Part shown: piece after piece, positions 19,199 through 31,942 of the stretch
Numbering within the stretch: position 1 is the stretch's first letter
Layout of the letters: every line of letters starts with the position of its first letter
Assembly (NCBI GenBank): GCA_963693365.1
Contig: CAVNZM010000005.1
Span: 1,550,001-1,614,000, forward strand
Length of the DNA stretch: 64,000 bases
Reading direction: 5' to 3'
Origin: Amoebidium appalachense
Lineage: Eukaryota > Protista > Ichthyosporea
The notes under the pieces: model-generated
The model's input: the letters and a program-made list of their open reading frames with translations, nothing else
Databases searched by the model: none
Told to the model about the DNA's origin: nothing
Translations under genes and position numbers: made by a program

Positions 19199-21006
19199 GG
19201 TGAATCTGTGCAAAAAGATTTCAGTTATTTTCTGGCTTTACCTTCATAAGTACAGAAAGTATGAAGTGCATTACTTCTTCTCGTGCTTCTCTTTTGGGCA
19301 GAACGAAACTTTCGAAAGCACTGAGAACCTCCCAAAACATTCACTTGTGAACCTAGACAACAGTTACACGTCATAAATAGCCCATTATCTGCAATTGTTT
19401 GAAATATGCTCCTTTGGTATGGTGTTGACTTAGTATACATCTTAACTTAACAGCACCTTTTCCTTAAGCCCCAACTAATCCTTCTGTGCTAGATCCGGGT
19501 AACAAGGCAAGCAATGCATGGCTGGTTTAGGAAAGTATTCTCTGACGCACCACGAGCCTGCAGGCGTTGCGCACTATAACACTTTTCGCTTCCTAACTTA
19601 CCTTTCGCGCTGAGCGATAAAACTGTGTAGTAGTTATAGGAAGTCTGGCTCTCTAGCTCGCCTTTCGTTTTTCAAGAAGCATACAAGGAGCAAAAATGGG
19701 CTAGACTGAGGTTGGCAGGCCTGTGGGCACGCATTTGTACCAAACGAAGCGGATCACTTAGCTTCACATGACTGGCTAAGCTTGCTCCGAACTTGCCTTT
19801 TTTGTCTATTTCTTCCCGTATTTGCCTTTTTTGGGTCAATTTCCGCGTTTGCGCCAAAGGTTTACACGAAGAATGGACGCTATTGGTCACGGTAGCAGTC
19901 TGTTTGATTCGCGGATTTCCTGCCCCAGAGGCATGCAACGCAACATGTTTTCCCTGCACAGAGATAGTCAAAGGAGTTTTGTCTTATACATGTTGTAGAG
20001 GTTCTAACCCATCTGACTTCTTTGTTAGAGGCCTTTTTATAAGCTCAATATCCTATTGGATGTGTATGCTAGCGTCTCATAATTCGTAGCGGCGGCTGCC
20101 TTTTTTTAGTTGGTAATATCTCCAGTTGCAGGTTCGCCATGACTTGAGCCATGATGTCCAGATTCTTTACCACCCTCAAAAGACATGTGTAGCTGATTGG
20201 CCAAAAAGGCACCGCCGCCTTTTGCTTCAAACATTCCACAACTCCATGTTGACGACTCCCTCACTCACGGACCCATACTGTGGGCCACATTTCGTAGCAG
20301 TTGAAACAGCCGAATCAATCTTTTATTATGGATACTTTTCAAACTCTTATGAGACTATGTATAAACACGAGTAATTCTCATGCATGTTTTTGTGTATTTT
20401 CCACCGCCCCGAACTTACTAGGCCTGGCCCACTGGGCACTCCCGTGCAGTCCGATGATACTATGGATGGATCTGGGGAATGAGTGAGCTTCGGCCTGCGC
20501 ATGCACCATCAGGATGGGCATATGCCGCCGCGAAGCTTTGTTCGTATCTCGAAGTACCTTATAATTCTTACTAGTAATACCACGCTCTGCCGCGCTTTGG
20601 CTTAACGTCGAAGCGAGACGAGAATTTTCTGGAAGGTGCTGTGTGCGTGTGTGCCAGTGTTGGAGGGAGGGCAACAATTTAAAGAAAAAAAGAAAAAAAG
20701 GGACTATTCGGATATTTTTTCTCTCTCTGGCTGTATCCTGCCTCCCCCCCCCCCCTTTCTTCTCCTCCCCCCCCCCCCCCCCCCCCTCACTCTCCCTCCA
20801 CTCCCGGTCTTTTCTGTCTTCTCCTCAGCGTCGTTCTTTCTCTGTCCCCCTCCCCTGCCTCCCTTCCTCCCTCTGCCTCCCCATCTATTCCCCTTTCCTT
20901 CTCCTCCCCCCCTTCCCCTTTCTCCTTTCCTCCCCCTCCCCCCCCTTTTTTTTTGCATGTTTGTGTGTTTGGCTGGCCCTAAATTTACCCATAAATGGGT
21001 GTGTGT

Positions 21007-21129
<123 letters not shown>

Positions 21130-21161
21130 TGTGGGTGTGTGTGTGTGTGTGTGCACGTGTA

Positions 21162-21235
<74 letters not shown>

Positions 21236-21336
21236 GTGTGTACAGCTGATGGGAAACAAACGTTTTCCAAAAACGTATTTGATCGGGGGGGGGAGGGGGG
21301 GGAGGGTAGGGGAGGGATATTTCTCTAGCCCTTTTT

Positions 21337-21417
21337 TCACTCACAAATCCCGGCTGGGGCTGTGGAATGAGAACTGCTAAGCTTCGCTATTGCTCGGCGA
21401 GCTCGCTTCTCCGCTGA
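21337..21417. repeat. About 80 bp dispersed direct repeat, copy 1 (copy 2 at 26662-26732)
   Basis: tcactcacaaatcccggctggggctgtggaatg(a/g)gaactgc..aagcttcgcta(t/a)tgctcg...cttctccg(c/t)tga occurs at both places. Confidence 0.9.
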
Positions 21418-21655
21418 AGTCTGGAATCCAATCACAATCAGAGGAACCATACATACATGGGGTACTGTGACGCTGTTTACTCGAGGCAAAGAGAAACCAG
21501 TCTCAGGTATGGGGGGGTTTTTGCTCGGAATATCCCCTCAGCGGTATATCATGATCACGTACATAGATGTCGGGTGATGACTATATATCAGGGTTTACTT
21601 TCTCTACGAGACACCATAAAGACTACAAGGAGAAATCAATTAGTTGGGGTTCCCC

Positions 21656-21702
<47 letters not shown>

Positions 21703-21754
21703 TTATTTTTTTTTTTTTAAAGGGGCTCCCCTGGGACACTCGGTATCAGCTGGT

Positions 21755-21805
<51 letters not shown>

Positions 21806-22049
21806 CGGTGTGAGTGTGTGTGTGTGTTTGTGTGTGTGTGTGCTCGTGCGCTAGAATTTTGTAGTGATATGTTTCTCAAGCCAATCAATACATCAAATAA
21901 ACAGGTCGTAGTTACGCGTGTTTAGTATAAAATCAAGGATGTTGTAATTTACAGGTAGGCTATCTTTCTGGGTGTCTGTTGTGAATGTGACGTGTGTGTG
22001 TTGCGGTATTATGTGGTCTATCAAACTACATTTGGCGATACATGGCCGG

Positions 22050-25000
22050 TTAAACTGGTGTGTGTGTGTGTTGTTTGGGCATGCCATATGATGCCACCTT
22101 ATACATATTAGATCTCCACTGTATAGCACGTGTACAGTAAAAGCGTGGTAATTGATCAATAATACCATCAGCTAGAGAAAGACCAGTTCTACAGGAAGGT
22201 AATATGTATTTAGGTGTTATACATTTGCGAGTGCCATATTTGGCAATATGGTTGAGGCGGTCAGTATATATAAAACGAGACATAAGGCTTAGTTTTTCAA
22301 GGTGTATGCTTTCATCGGGTCTAGTGTCGTGTGGTATCTTTTTCCATTTGTTATATTGCGTGATTATCTTGTGATTGTGTACATGTTTAATAAGTAAGTG
22401 GCAGTCCAAAGTCACACACACACTATTGCGGGGTTTATTTGTATTTGTGCCCAGGGGAGAAGGGGAGAGAGAGGGAAGGAAAGAGGGGAGAGGTGAGGAG
22501 GGGACAGGTCGGATAGAGAAGAGAGGGTGGGAGGGCAAATACTCCTTTAAGCGGCTTATGTGCTTATTGAATTTCAGCGCGAGATAGGATAATCTAGCAG
22601 CTATTGGGACCAGACCATATATCGAGAGCGTTACAGGCCCAGGTTTACAACAGTTGTTAGATAGAAAGGAGGCAACTTCTGCTTCAAGGAAATTTGCCAA
22701 GGGTTTAAGCGCTCTAGTTCTCTCTTTCTTGATCCAAGTGGCGAGAAGGGGTAAACCATATTCACATGCCGGGAAGACAAAAGTGCAAATAAATGTAAGT
22801 CTAATAGAAGGATGGAGGGGTGACGTCTTTAAAAATATTAGCCGAGAAGAAAGCTAACCGCTTACGAGCCAACTCTACCCTCTTTTCGACCATATGGGGA
22901 AACATAACACCAACAGAATCAACCGGAACACCAAGATATTTGTATTCTGGAACTATAGGTACAGGTTTAGATGATAATGTAAATGTGTGTAAATTGTTGG
23001 CTATATCAGGTACAAGAACACCACATTTGTCTATGTTAAGGATCATAAGGTTTGCCTTGCACCACTCTGACACTACATCGAACAATCTTTGCAGGCGTCT
23101 AGGGGTACGGGCAAGGAGGGACAGATCATCGGCATAGAGAAGTGCAGGCGGAAAGTTATTAATAGGGTCATCGTTTTCGGCGTAAATCTTGACAGCCAAA
23201 TCATCTATAAATAGGTTAAACAAAAAGGGGCTAAGCAATGAACCCTGCAAGAGACCTCTAGTACGAGCAAAACCATATGAAAGATGCCCATTAACCACAG
23301 CTCTACCATAGGTTTGAGACAAGAGTGCTTCTAACAGAACACCAATGCAGTGTGGTACACCCCGTGCAGCAAGCTTTTCCCATAGGAGACCAGGGGAGAC
23401 AGAATCGTAAGCAGTTTTCCAATCAATAAAGCCAACATATCGTGCACCAACTTGCATAGAATCGTGCAGTGCCATTATTTGAACATAACATGAATTGTTT
23501 TTACGAAAAGCGGATTGGCATGGGTGTAGATGTATGTGAAGAATAGATTGAAACCTAGGGTGATGTGCAAATAACCTAAGTAAGCAAGCTTCAAAGAATC
23601 TACGAACAACCTGGGTTAGTGTAATGGGGCGAAAGGATGATATGGGGCCCTCAGAGTCCTTCTTAACTATGGGGATCACTAAGGTATCTAACCAAGATGA
23701 CGGGACATGTCCACATTTAACACACCAAGAAAAGAGAGAGCTTAACATGATAGTAAGATCAGACTTTCCTTTTGTGGGTAGGAGGGAACAAGGATTTTAA
23801 GAAACCCAGCAGGGAGTCCATCAGGTCCACAAGACTTACTAGAGCTATAACTAGATATCACAGACCATATGGTATCGGGACTGAAAAAGGGGAGGATCGA
23901 TTCTATGGGGATAGATGGGTCTACAGGCCACACAATAGGTTTCTGAGCGGGGATCCTATCTTTAAACAGTTCCGAGAAATACTTATCAGAGTCTATGAGG
24001 GGGTCTCCAGTGGTATCACCAATAATACGAGCAGGGGGGCCAAATCGATTCATACTAGCAAGCCGGCGCAAGCTTTCCTTTTGAGACAGGGGTTCACCTA
24101 GTCTAGCGGGAGTGGTGTTTGGTAACAAGAGAGCATCGGGATATTCCTTCGCAAGCATGTTGATAGGTGTGAATTTTTATGTCGCGTTTTACCTCTTTCC
24201 CTCCGGGTATCTGCTACACTAGCTGGCAATGTGAACACTTTAGACTTTTTGTTGAATTCTGTTGGTCGTCACATTGAGTATTTATATGATTTTCACACAG
24301 TGTTCAGGTATCTCAGTATGCACTTGTTACTGGATAACTCGTGAAGTTTTTATTGTCTTCTCAGTATGCCGTGCATACTTGCATATCTTTCCGTCGAATA
24401 AATCCAGTCAAAAGAAAAAGATATTCCTTCCTACCACCGCCAGCATAATCACCGAGATCTATCAAATCGTCAACAATAAAGTTAGTGCATGTATCTAGTA
24501 CGAGATGTGAATCTGGTCTGGCTTGTGCAGATTCTAATAGGCGCATATATATAGGGTGTTTCGTTCCATAGCATGCACATACATCAACTCTACCCCACTG
24601 TGACTTAAGCTGGGATAGACGGAGGCGAAAGGTGGGAGGAGGAGGGGGAGCAGATCAAGGGAGATCTTAGGTAGGAAAAGGATAGGAGAGTGGTCAGATG
24701 ACCTAGAGAGGTTAGGAGGGAGAGAGAGTTTTGACATGGTTGATGGCCAAAAGGCCACTCCCCAGTTGGTGTTGTGGGCATGGGATATTTGAGGGAACCG
24801 CAAGGTGTGACTTTGGACATACCTTGCTAAAGGGATAGCACGCTCCGGGGGCTTAGATGGGTACCCGACACTCACTTGCAGTGTGTCTGTGTGGTGGATT
24901 CGCGTGTTAAAATCACCTAAAATAACAGTGGACATTGGTAACTGTGACAACTCGTGAGTCAATTCGGCAACCGACATAGATGGTGGGTAATATACAAAAG

Positions 25001-25319
25001 TAGAAACATTAGAAAGAAACTCTATAGAAACCGAGAATTCCGTTTTTGCTACCGGTTTGCACTTCACTCTCACGTGTGGCGCGGCAAGTACAATAATAAT
25101 GCCTCGGTTTTTCGCGTAACCGGGGTGTGTGGATGTGTCGACCAGTGTAGAGTTGAATTTGTGGTGGTTTTTAAACTGTGTTTCGCAAATCACTGTAAAC
25201 GTGTGGTCGTTTGTCTGTTGTTGTATGTAGCTGATTTTATCGTCGAGTGTCCCGGGGGGGAGGCCCTTTTGGGGGCCCAGTGTCCGAGCATTCCAGAAGA
25301 AGAAGGATAAATTAGGCAT
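22050..25319 (-). pseudogene. LINE ORF2 (AP endonuclease + reverse transcriptase), broken by several frameshifts and stops
   Basis: APE 24534-25319: FFFWNARTL, ICET, YYPP, ILGDFNT, SDHSPI. 23742-24158: KSCGPDGL. RT 22801-23748: IPIVKK, FRPITL, QSAFR, FIDWKTAYDSV, GLLQGSLLSPFLFNLFIDDL, YADD, YKYLGV. The C-terminal part continues in another frame, 22050-22800. Confidence 0.93.
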
Positions 25320-26050
25320 CGGTTTGGTCCGGCACCTGTGGGGTTGGTTCCCACTTGTCGCTTACGGGGTCGTATGCACGACCTTCCGCCAGCGCGAACA
25401 GTTCGCAGAAGAGCTCGATTTCCATCTCGCATCGGCGTTTGCGCTCGAGCAGTTTCTCACCAGAAAACATTGGCTCCTTCGTGTCCGTGTCTATCACGCT
25501 CGTAGCATCGTTTTCCAACTTTGCGAGGAACTCTTTTGCCTTGCTGATGCGTACACGACAACGTGTGGCGCACGCATTCTTAGCAGACACTTTACGTTCT
25601 TTGTCTGCTTTCTGAATGTTTTCCGGCGCGCATGGGTCGTAGCTTGGGAGGTGTGTGAAGAAGCTTCCACACCCCTTTGTCGCGTCACGGATGAACGCAC
25701 GGTTATAGTCGCCCCGTACTGCTACTTCCAGCACATCGTATCCAATGAAGGCAGACAAAGGATGCGAGAGCACCGGAAGCCGAGAGCCTTGAAGATGGAC
25801 CACATGGCCCTGTGTGGGCGTCTGCCGTGCTTGACTTTGAAATACACCCTTTCGTATTTGGGTGGGATGTTGATGTTACCGTTTGCTTGGGTGTTCCCCT
25901 TAGCCGGCGGTTTGGGAGGGGAGTTGCGGCGGTACTCGTTGCCTGCAAGAACATACAATCACCAATGGAAATATTGGTGGAATTACCGCGGCGTCATCCT
26001 TTGCGGCTCCCGCCAAATCTGACCACCCGCGAACCAAAGGCTTGGCACGT
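25312..26050 (-). pseudogene. LINE ORF1, frameshifted
   Basis: Fragments 25722-25958 (RVYFKVKHGRRPHRAMWSIFKALGFRCSRIL) and 25312-25803 (FIGYDVLEVAVRGDYNRAFI...LPSYDP) join by one frameshift. The TAA stop at 25312-25314 lies just inside the start of ORF2 (ATG at 25319; 8-nt overlap). Confidence 0.7.
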
Positions 26051-26661
26051 GATCGGCGACTTATCAGGGCCGAGCCATCACACGATCACCAATGGTCGGG
26101 CCAGGTTTTTTGTCTGGACTCACTCACTCAACTACTCACTCACTCAGTATTGTTCCGGTTCGCACAGGTATGATTTAGATAATTTAGAAACTCTACATTG
26201 TTTCTTGCTTTGTTTAATAAATAAATGTAAAAACTTAACACTGAGACTGTGATAAATATTTTATAAGCTTATAAATATGCATATTAATATTTTTTGCAAG
26301 GTTTATATATACGTATCGCTGAAAACTTCATAACAAAAAAGAAGACAGAAACTACAGCATAGCACAGGTATGCAAAAAACCCCTTTTGGACCAATGATCT
26401 TCAATAAGGTCATTGATTGGTCTAGACAAAATGCAGCCGACCAATCGGAAATCAGTTCAATTTCTAGATTGGCTCCAGACATCTGGAAGACCCCCCTCCC
26501 CCCTCTTCCAGATTGCGACATCTGGAAGATGGGCATCCAGATTCTAGACCCTGATGGAATGCATTAAATTTAAAGTGATCGATCGGAGTGGACATTTTTA
26601 ACGCTAATTATCTAGATTCCCATTATCTAAATTCTAGCCCCCACGTGAAGCGGCTCACTCA

Positions 26662-26732
26662 TCACTCACAAATCCCGGCTGGGGCTGTGGAATGGGAACT
26701 GCAAGCTTCGCTAATGCTCGCTTCTCCGTTGA
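26662..26732. repeat. About 70 bp dispersed direct repeat, copy 2
   Basis: Near-identical to 21337-21417 apart from a few substitutions and a roughly 10 nt deletion. Confidence 0.9.
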
Positions 26733-27617
26733 CTACGGAACTCTTGCCTCGCACATACTTTTATCTGAAGTTTATTAAACAATACATAGGGATTCGGATC
26801 CAGCCTTTTGTTGAAATCTGAGCTTTTTTTTTCCGGGGGGGGGGGGGAGGGGGGAGGGAGGGGGAGGGGGGGGGGGGGGGGGGGGGGGGAGGAAAAAAAA
26901 AAAAAAAGTCGGTGATACTCCGCTCCCCCTTCTCCTGGGGGAAGACCCACCTGTCAGCACATGCTCGGGCGGGGGTGCTCGGGGGGGAGGAGGAGGGGGG
27001 GGGGGGGGGTTCTTCATTCAAGTGTAAAAAAAGCCTCGAGGCTCCCTTCGATCGCGAATCCACAGTATTAAATGAGGGTGTCCCCCCCCCCCCCCCCCCC
27101 CCCCCCCAACTCCCCCAACCCCCTCTCCCCTCTCTCAGATTCACCTCCTTTTCGGAAAGATCCCCTCACAGTATGTGCTATACATACATCGCTAATATAT
27201 ATCGATCGGAGCGCTGGAAGGGGGGGAGAGGGGAGAGGGGGGGGTGGGGGGGGGGGGGGGGGGAGGGGGAGGGCGGTGGGAACCCGGGCCGTTTCCTCCT
27301 GTACGTGCAACCCTCCCTCCCTTCACCCCACCAATATCCACCATTGAAAGCTGTTCTGATAATTGCTGCAGCGTCTGTATGTGTGTGTGCATGTGCGGTT
27401 GACTGTGTGTGCTCGCGTCCCACGGTTTGATCCAGTTGTGAGTGTGGGGCGGTAGCATTGATGTGCTTTGCTCGTGCTTACCGGTGTCTGCCCGGCCCTT
27501 GCAAACGTGTGTGTATGGTCTATTATAATGATGTGTGTGTGTGTGTGTTGTGTGTGTGTGTGTGTGTTTGCGTGTGTGTGTGTGTGTGTGTGTGTGTTGT
27601 GTGTGTGTGTGCGTGTG

Positions 27618-27667
<50 letters not shown>

Positions 27668-29368
27668 GGTGTGTGTATGTGCGTGTGTCTGTGTGTATGC
27701 ATGGCATGCATGCATGCACGTGTGCCCGTGTGCGATATAGCTAAGGGAATTTTAAATTTTAAAGGGGGGGGGGGGGGGGGGGGGGGGGGGGAGGTAAATA
27801 TCGATCGATGCTCGTCCCCCCTGGTGGTTTCCCCCACCCTTCCCTCCCTCCTCAAGGTAGCCGCACCAGGTGGGTGGGTCCCTCTTCCCCCTCCTCGGGG
27901 GGGAGGAGGGGGGAGGGGGGAGGAGGAGAGGGGAGCCATCACCCCACGGGACACCCCCCTCCCCCCCCCCCCGTGCGCACGATGGCCAAACATCCAAACA
28001 TCTCTTTTCCACCCACCAAAGGCTGTATTTGTTCTGGTCAACTGTTACTAAACTATGAATCATTGAGGGCAAGCATGTTATGATGCTCACCGTGCAGCTT
28101 TCGCGTGCACTTCAATGTGGCGGGGACTAGATATTCTGTGTGTGTGGTGTGTGGGTGAGTGTATCTGCTTGTTCATAGCGGGTGTGTATTGCTGGTTTGT
28201 GCACCTGGTGTGTGTGTGGCACGTATCCGGGTACATGATTCAATATATATGTGTGAAAGTGTGTGTGTGTGTGTGAGTGTGTGTGTGTACGCGCGCGGCG
28301 GAAAAACTGGAGAGGAGTCCTGCCCAGCCCCGCGAAGAGGGGAGGGGGAGGGAGGGGGGGGGACGGAGGAGGCTCGAGCATGGCCGTACGGTGTAGCCTG
28401 GGTTTCAGATGGTTAAGTACTCCTTTTTAGTATTGCCTTCAATATTATTTTTACGTATTTACTTTTTGGGAGTGTATCAACTGCTAATGAAGGGCAGAAA
28501 ACACAAAAAACCTGTCCAAAGCATGTTCAAAGGGGGAGACGGGGGGGGGGGGGGGGGGGGGGGAGGGGGGGGGGGGGGGGGGGGGGTCCCTCCCCAAAGT
28601 TACCACGCTCCCCCTCCCCGTTTCAAAATCAAGGATCCCTATGGAAGAGAGAGAGATAGTATAGAGCCGCGTGGGGGTCGGGCCCGGAGGACACGGGGAG
28701 TGAGCGAGCTTAAGAAGGAGAGAGTGTTTGTGTGCGGATGTGTAAGCGCCCTAAGCATATTCGATATACTCAAATGTGTGGAACTGTAACACTGTGTGTG
28801 TGCCTCCGTGCTTCCGTGCCCGTATGTGTGTGTGGGTGCGTGTGTGTGTGCGTGTATCACAGCATGTGTGCCTGGGTGCATTTGAAGATGTTTGTTTGCC
28901 TGGTGTGCGCGTACGTGCGTGCACGAGTGTGAGCGTGTCTGTAAGGCCGTGTGTGTGTGCCTGTATGCCTACCACCTACTGAGGCGGTGTCTCCTTTCTT
29001 TTTTTTTTTTTTTTTTTTTTTTTTACTTAAACGCCTGAGTAGATTTTAAAACGTCGCACGTGCGGCAACACGTCAGTACGTGTTAGCCTGTATGCCTATG
29101 TGTGTGCGTGTGCATCACAATATACGTAGGCGCGTGCATGTGTGCGTGCGCACGTGCGAGAGTGTGTTGTCTAGTTGTCTCCTGGCTATCTGTTCAGCGT
29201 GCTTGTGACTGTGGACGCATTAGTGTGGCTGAGAGTTTGTATTTGCGCAGCACACGAGCTCGAGTCAGTGTGTGGAACTGGCACTACGTGCGTGTAGACG
29301 TGCTATGATGACGTGAACTTCCTGTGTGTGAGGTGCACTTGCACTTTGTGTGGAGAGCGTGTGCGACA

Positions 29369-29401
<33 letters not shown>

Positions 29402-30311
29402 TGTGTGTGTGTCACAGTGTGTTCTTGCTATTCCCAACCCAGTGTTATTTGTGCTACCAGAGGGGAAGCGGGAGGGAGGGAGAGGGGGGGGGGGGGGGGG
29501 GGGAGGCTGCTACTGTTCGAACGGAGGTTCGGAGGCACCCTGTCATGCACAAAAGCAGTTTTGCAGAAGCGAAGAATCACGTGCCCAAGTTAATTGCTAG
29601 TGCATAGAACGGGTGAGCAGCAATTAAGCCCCCCTACGAGAGACACGAAGGGGTGTAGGAGGACCCCCGGCAGGGAGGCGGAGGGGAGAGGAAGAAGGGA
29701 GCGGGGGAGTTCTCTTAGTGTGAGACAATACTCTGAACTAATTATGTTCCTGTGTGGAGTAGTATGCAAGTTGGGCCAAGTACTGCCGTCTTATGACATC
29801 CGACACACCACCAGGACAACTGGAGTGTGGTGGCTCCCTCCTCTCCTCCCAAGTGAGTAATACCCCCCCCCCCCCCCCCCCCCCCACCCCCTCCCCGAGC
29901 TCCCCCCCCCCCCCCCCCCCCCCCCCCCACCTTCTTCTCGTTTCAAATTCAAAAACCCCTTCGTAATGTCTAGCTGCAAGATGAGGTTCCTATGTACTCG
30001 GGCAGTTAAGCAGACTCCGTCTTTCTATTGTGATACGCCTAATAGTACCCGAGGCCTGCTGACCAGCTGGGACGCATATAGTACCAGATATATTCCAACC
30101 AAACATTATGTGAATAACTGCACACTCCCTGCCACCTCGTCCCATTATTGGCAATACGATGAAGGGAAACGAATAGCATTCACAAAGAGAATATCTCCCG
30201 GGGAAGGGGGGGGAGGGGGGAGGGGGGAGGGATGGGGAGAGATGAAGGGGGAATAACGACGGGGAAGACGTCCGAATGTGCTGCACAGGAAAGAGGTCAT
30301 TTCTGTTGCTT

Positions 30312-30343
<32 letters not shown>

Positions 30344-30427
30344 CCTCCTCCCCTTTCCTTGCCCACCTTTTCCGCACTTGCTGGCCCAACCCTCACCCTT
30401 CAACCGCCTAAAAGTTCGAACCGCATT

Positions 30428-30523
30428 TGAAAAATAGCGACAGGCTGGTTTGCTGGAGGGAAAAGAGATCTGGACTGAAAAATAGCGACAGGCTGGTTTG
30501 CTGGAGGGAAAAGAGATCTGGAC
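30428..30523. repeat. Perfect 48 bp tandem duplication
   Basis: tgaaaaatagcgacaggctggtttgctggagggaaaagagatctggac x2. Confidence 0.95.
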
Positions 30524-30714
30524 TGCCTACATTATGTACTGAACATCACGTCATAGCACTTGCATGGCATCATGATAATGCTACGTTTGTTTTGCAATTT
30601 GGCCTGACACCACGTTCGCTGCTTCGATCCAAGTGGGCCCCGCTCTGCGACAAACTGCAGCCTTGGTGGCAGCACCATTCTGTGCAAGCATCATTGGGCG
30701 CCGGGGGAGGGGGG

Positions 30715-30759
<45 letters not shown>

Positions 30760-31018
30760 GGGGTGGGGGGAGGAGAGGTGGGGAAGGGGGGGGTGCGGGG
30801 GGGGGGGGGGGGGGGGGGATATCACGGTAACGTCGTTATGTAAATATGTACTTTGTTGGGTGAAATTACTGTTGGCTTTGGTGCCGGCACCTCAGTTATA
30901 GCACATGCTCAATTTTGAAAAGCACATTGGCATCAAAACGTCCCGTAAGCGGTAGAAATAATCATTCTAATGATAATACATACAATTCTAATCTTGGCCG
31001 AAGTAAGGATAATGAAAC

Positions 31019-31942
31019 TCATACAGCCGTGGCCAGTTGACCTCTAATGCAATCCGTACCAGCCATTATGCATGTTGCTGTGAGCACCGACATTCCTTCA
31101 TTTTCATCGTCGTAGTTCACTGCACATGACAGTGCGAGAAGCTCATCTGCATATTCCAACTGGCTCACGATACCCCAGTACCATTCGACGACTGCCTGTG
31201 TGTTCGCTCTACCCATAACCTTGTACTCGGTATTCTTGGATCCATTCTCCTCATTCCGCATTTTTAGTTCTTCTTCGTTCTCAAATACATCCCGGTTTTT
31301 CGCCCCTCCGTCTACAAACTGTCTGAACGACGGGTTGCTGACAGAAACAGTTTTTGAGCGAGATATCCTTCCGGAACCTTCCGATGACATGCTTTTCCTC
31401 TGCGCCTTCGTGTCCTGTGTGTTGGTGTTGTCGTTTTTATCATTTGGCAAACACTCGTTAATTTGGTTGGGATGTGTAGAAGCCAAATGTGAACTAGTGA
31501 CACACGCGGATGCACACTCAGTGAGTGGGCTCTCCCGGTCAAGATACTCTGATATTGCACGGCGATTCATCGTACCGTTGCTAGATGGTGGATTTGTGTG
31601 TGGCCGCATGTAAACACATTCCCGTGCACAGGCAGGCGAACATACGTGCATGTTGTGCCAGTCAGAGGGCAGAGGAGGGAGACTGGAGTAGCAACACGAA
31701 GTGCTATCATACATTGAGTCCCTGTGTCGGTGAATAGGAGAAGTGGCACAATCCCACCTGCCGTGCACATACGAAGGCGTAGTGGGGGTGTTCTTTTCAC
31801 TGTGAACAGAGAACCCCTGGGTGGCAACATCGACAGAGTGCCTGGCTAGCTGCTCACGCATACCCACACTCCAAACTCTGAACCCTGCGCATTTTTTAGA
31901 GAGTCGCTTAGAAAGTTTACGTGCTACATCCACTACGTCCAT
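31019..31942 (-). CDS. Hypothetical protein (intronless orphan, about 307 aa from the first ATG)
   Basis: About 1 kb stop-free frame in repeat-free sequence. The first in-frame ATG is at 31942 (MDVVDVARK); the track start at 32026 is GTG. Ser-rich, probably disordered, no recognised domain. Confidence 0.55.
   Translation of the reverse strand: MDVVDVARKLSKRLSKKCAGFRVWSVGMREQLARHSVDVATQGFSVHSEKNTPTTPSYVHGRWDCATSPIHRHRDSMYDSTSCCYSSLPPLPSDWHNMHVCSPACARECVYMRPHTNPPSSNGTMNRRAISEYLDRESPLTECASACVTSSHLASTHPNQINECLPNDKNDNTNTQDTKAQRKSMSSEGSGRISRSKTVSVSNPSFRQFVDGGAKNRDVFENEEELKMRNEENGSKNTEYKVMGRANTQAVVEWYWGIVSQLEYADELLALSCAVNYDDENEGMSVLTATCIMAGTDCIRGQLATAV

Larger units (their letters stand above)
21657..26150 (-). 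mobile_element. Non-LTR retrotransposon (LINE), near full length, decayed
   Basis: Poly-T 21657-21718 (poly-A tail on the - strand), CA-rich 3' UTR, ORF2 fragments with RT and APE motifs, and an upstream ORF1. The 5' end is approximate, placed at a (GAGT)n-like tract near 26119-26147. No TSD identified. Confidence 0.93.

Noticed and set aside
25324-26022. 232 aa + strand ORF
   Set aside because: Antisense to LINE ORF1, with no independent motif.
21588-26552. hAT element enclosing the LINE (cagggtttac ... ctagaccctg)
   Set aside because: Only an 8/10 terminal match and no target-site duplication.
28994-29340. Poly-T as the tail of a second retroelement
   Set aside because: No RT or SINE features and no TSD seen next to it.
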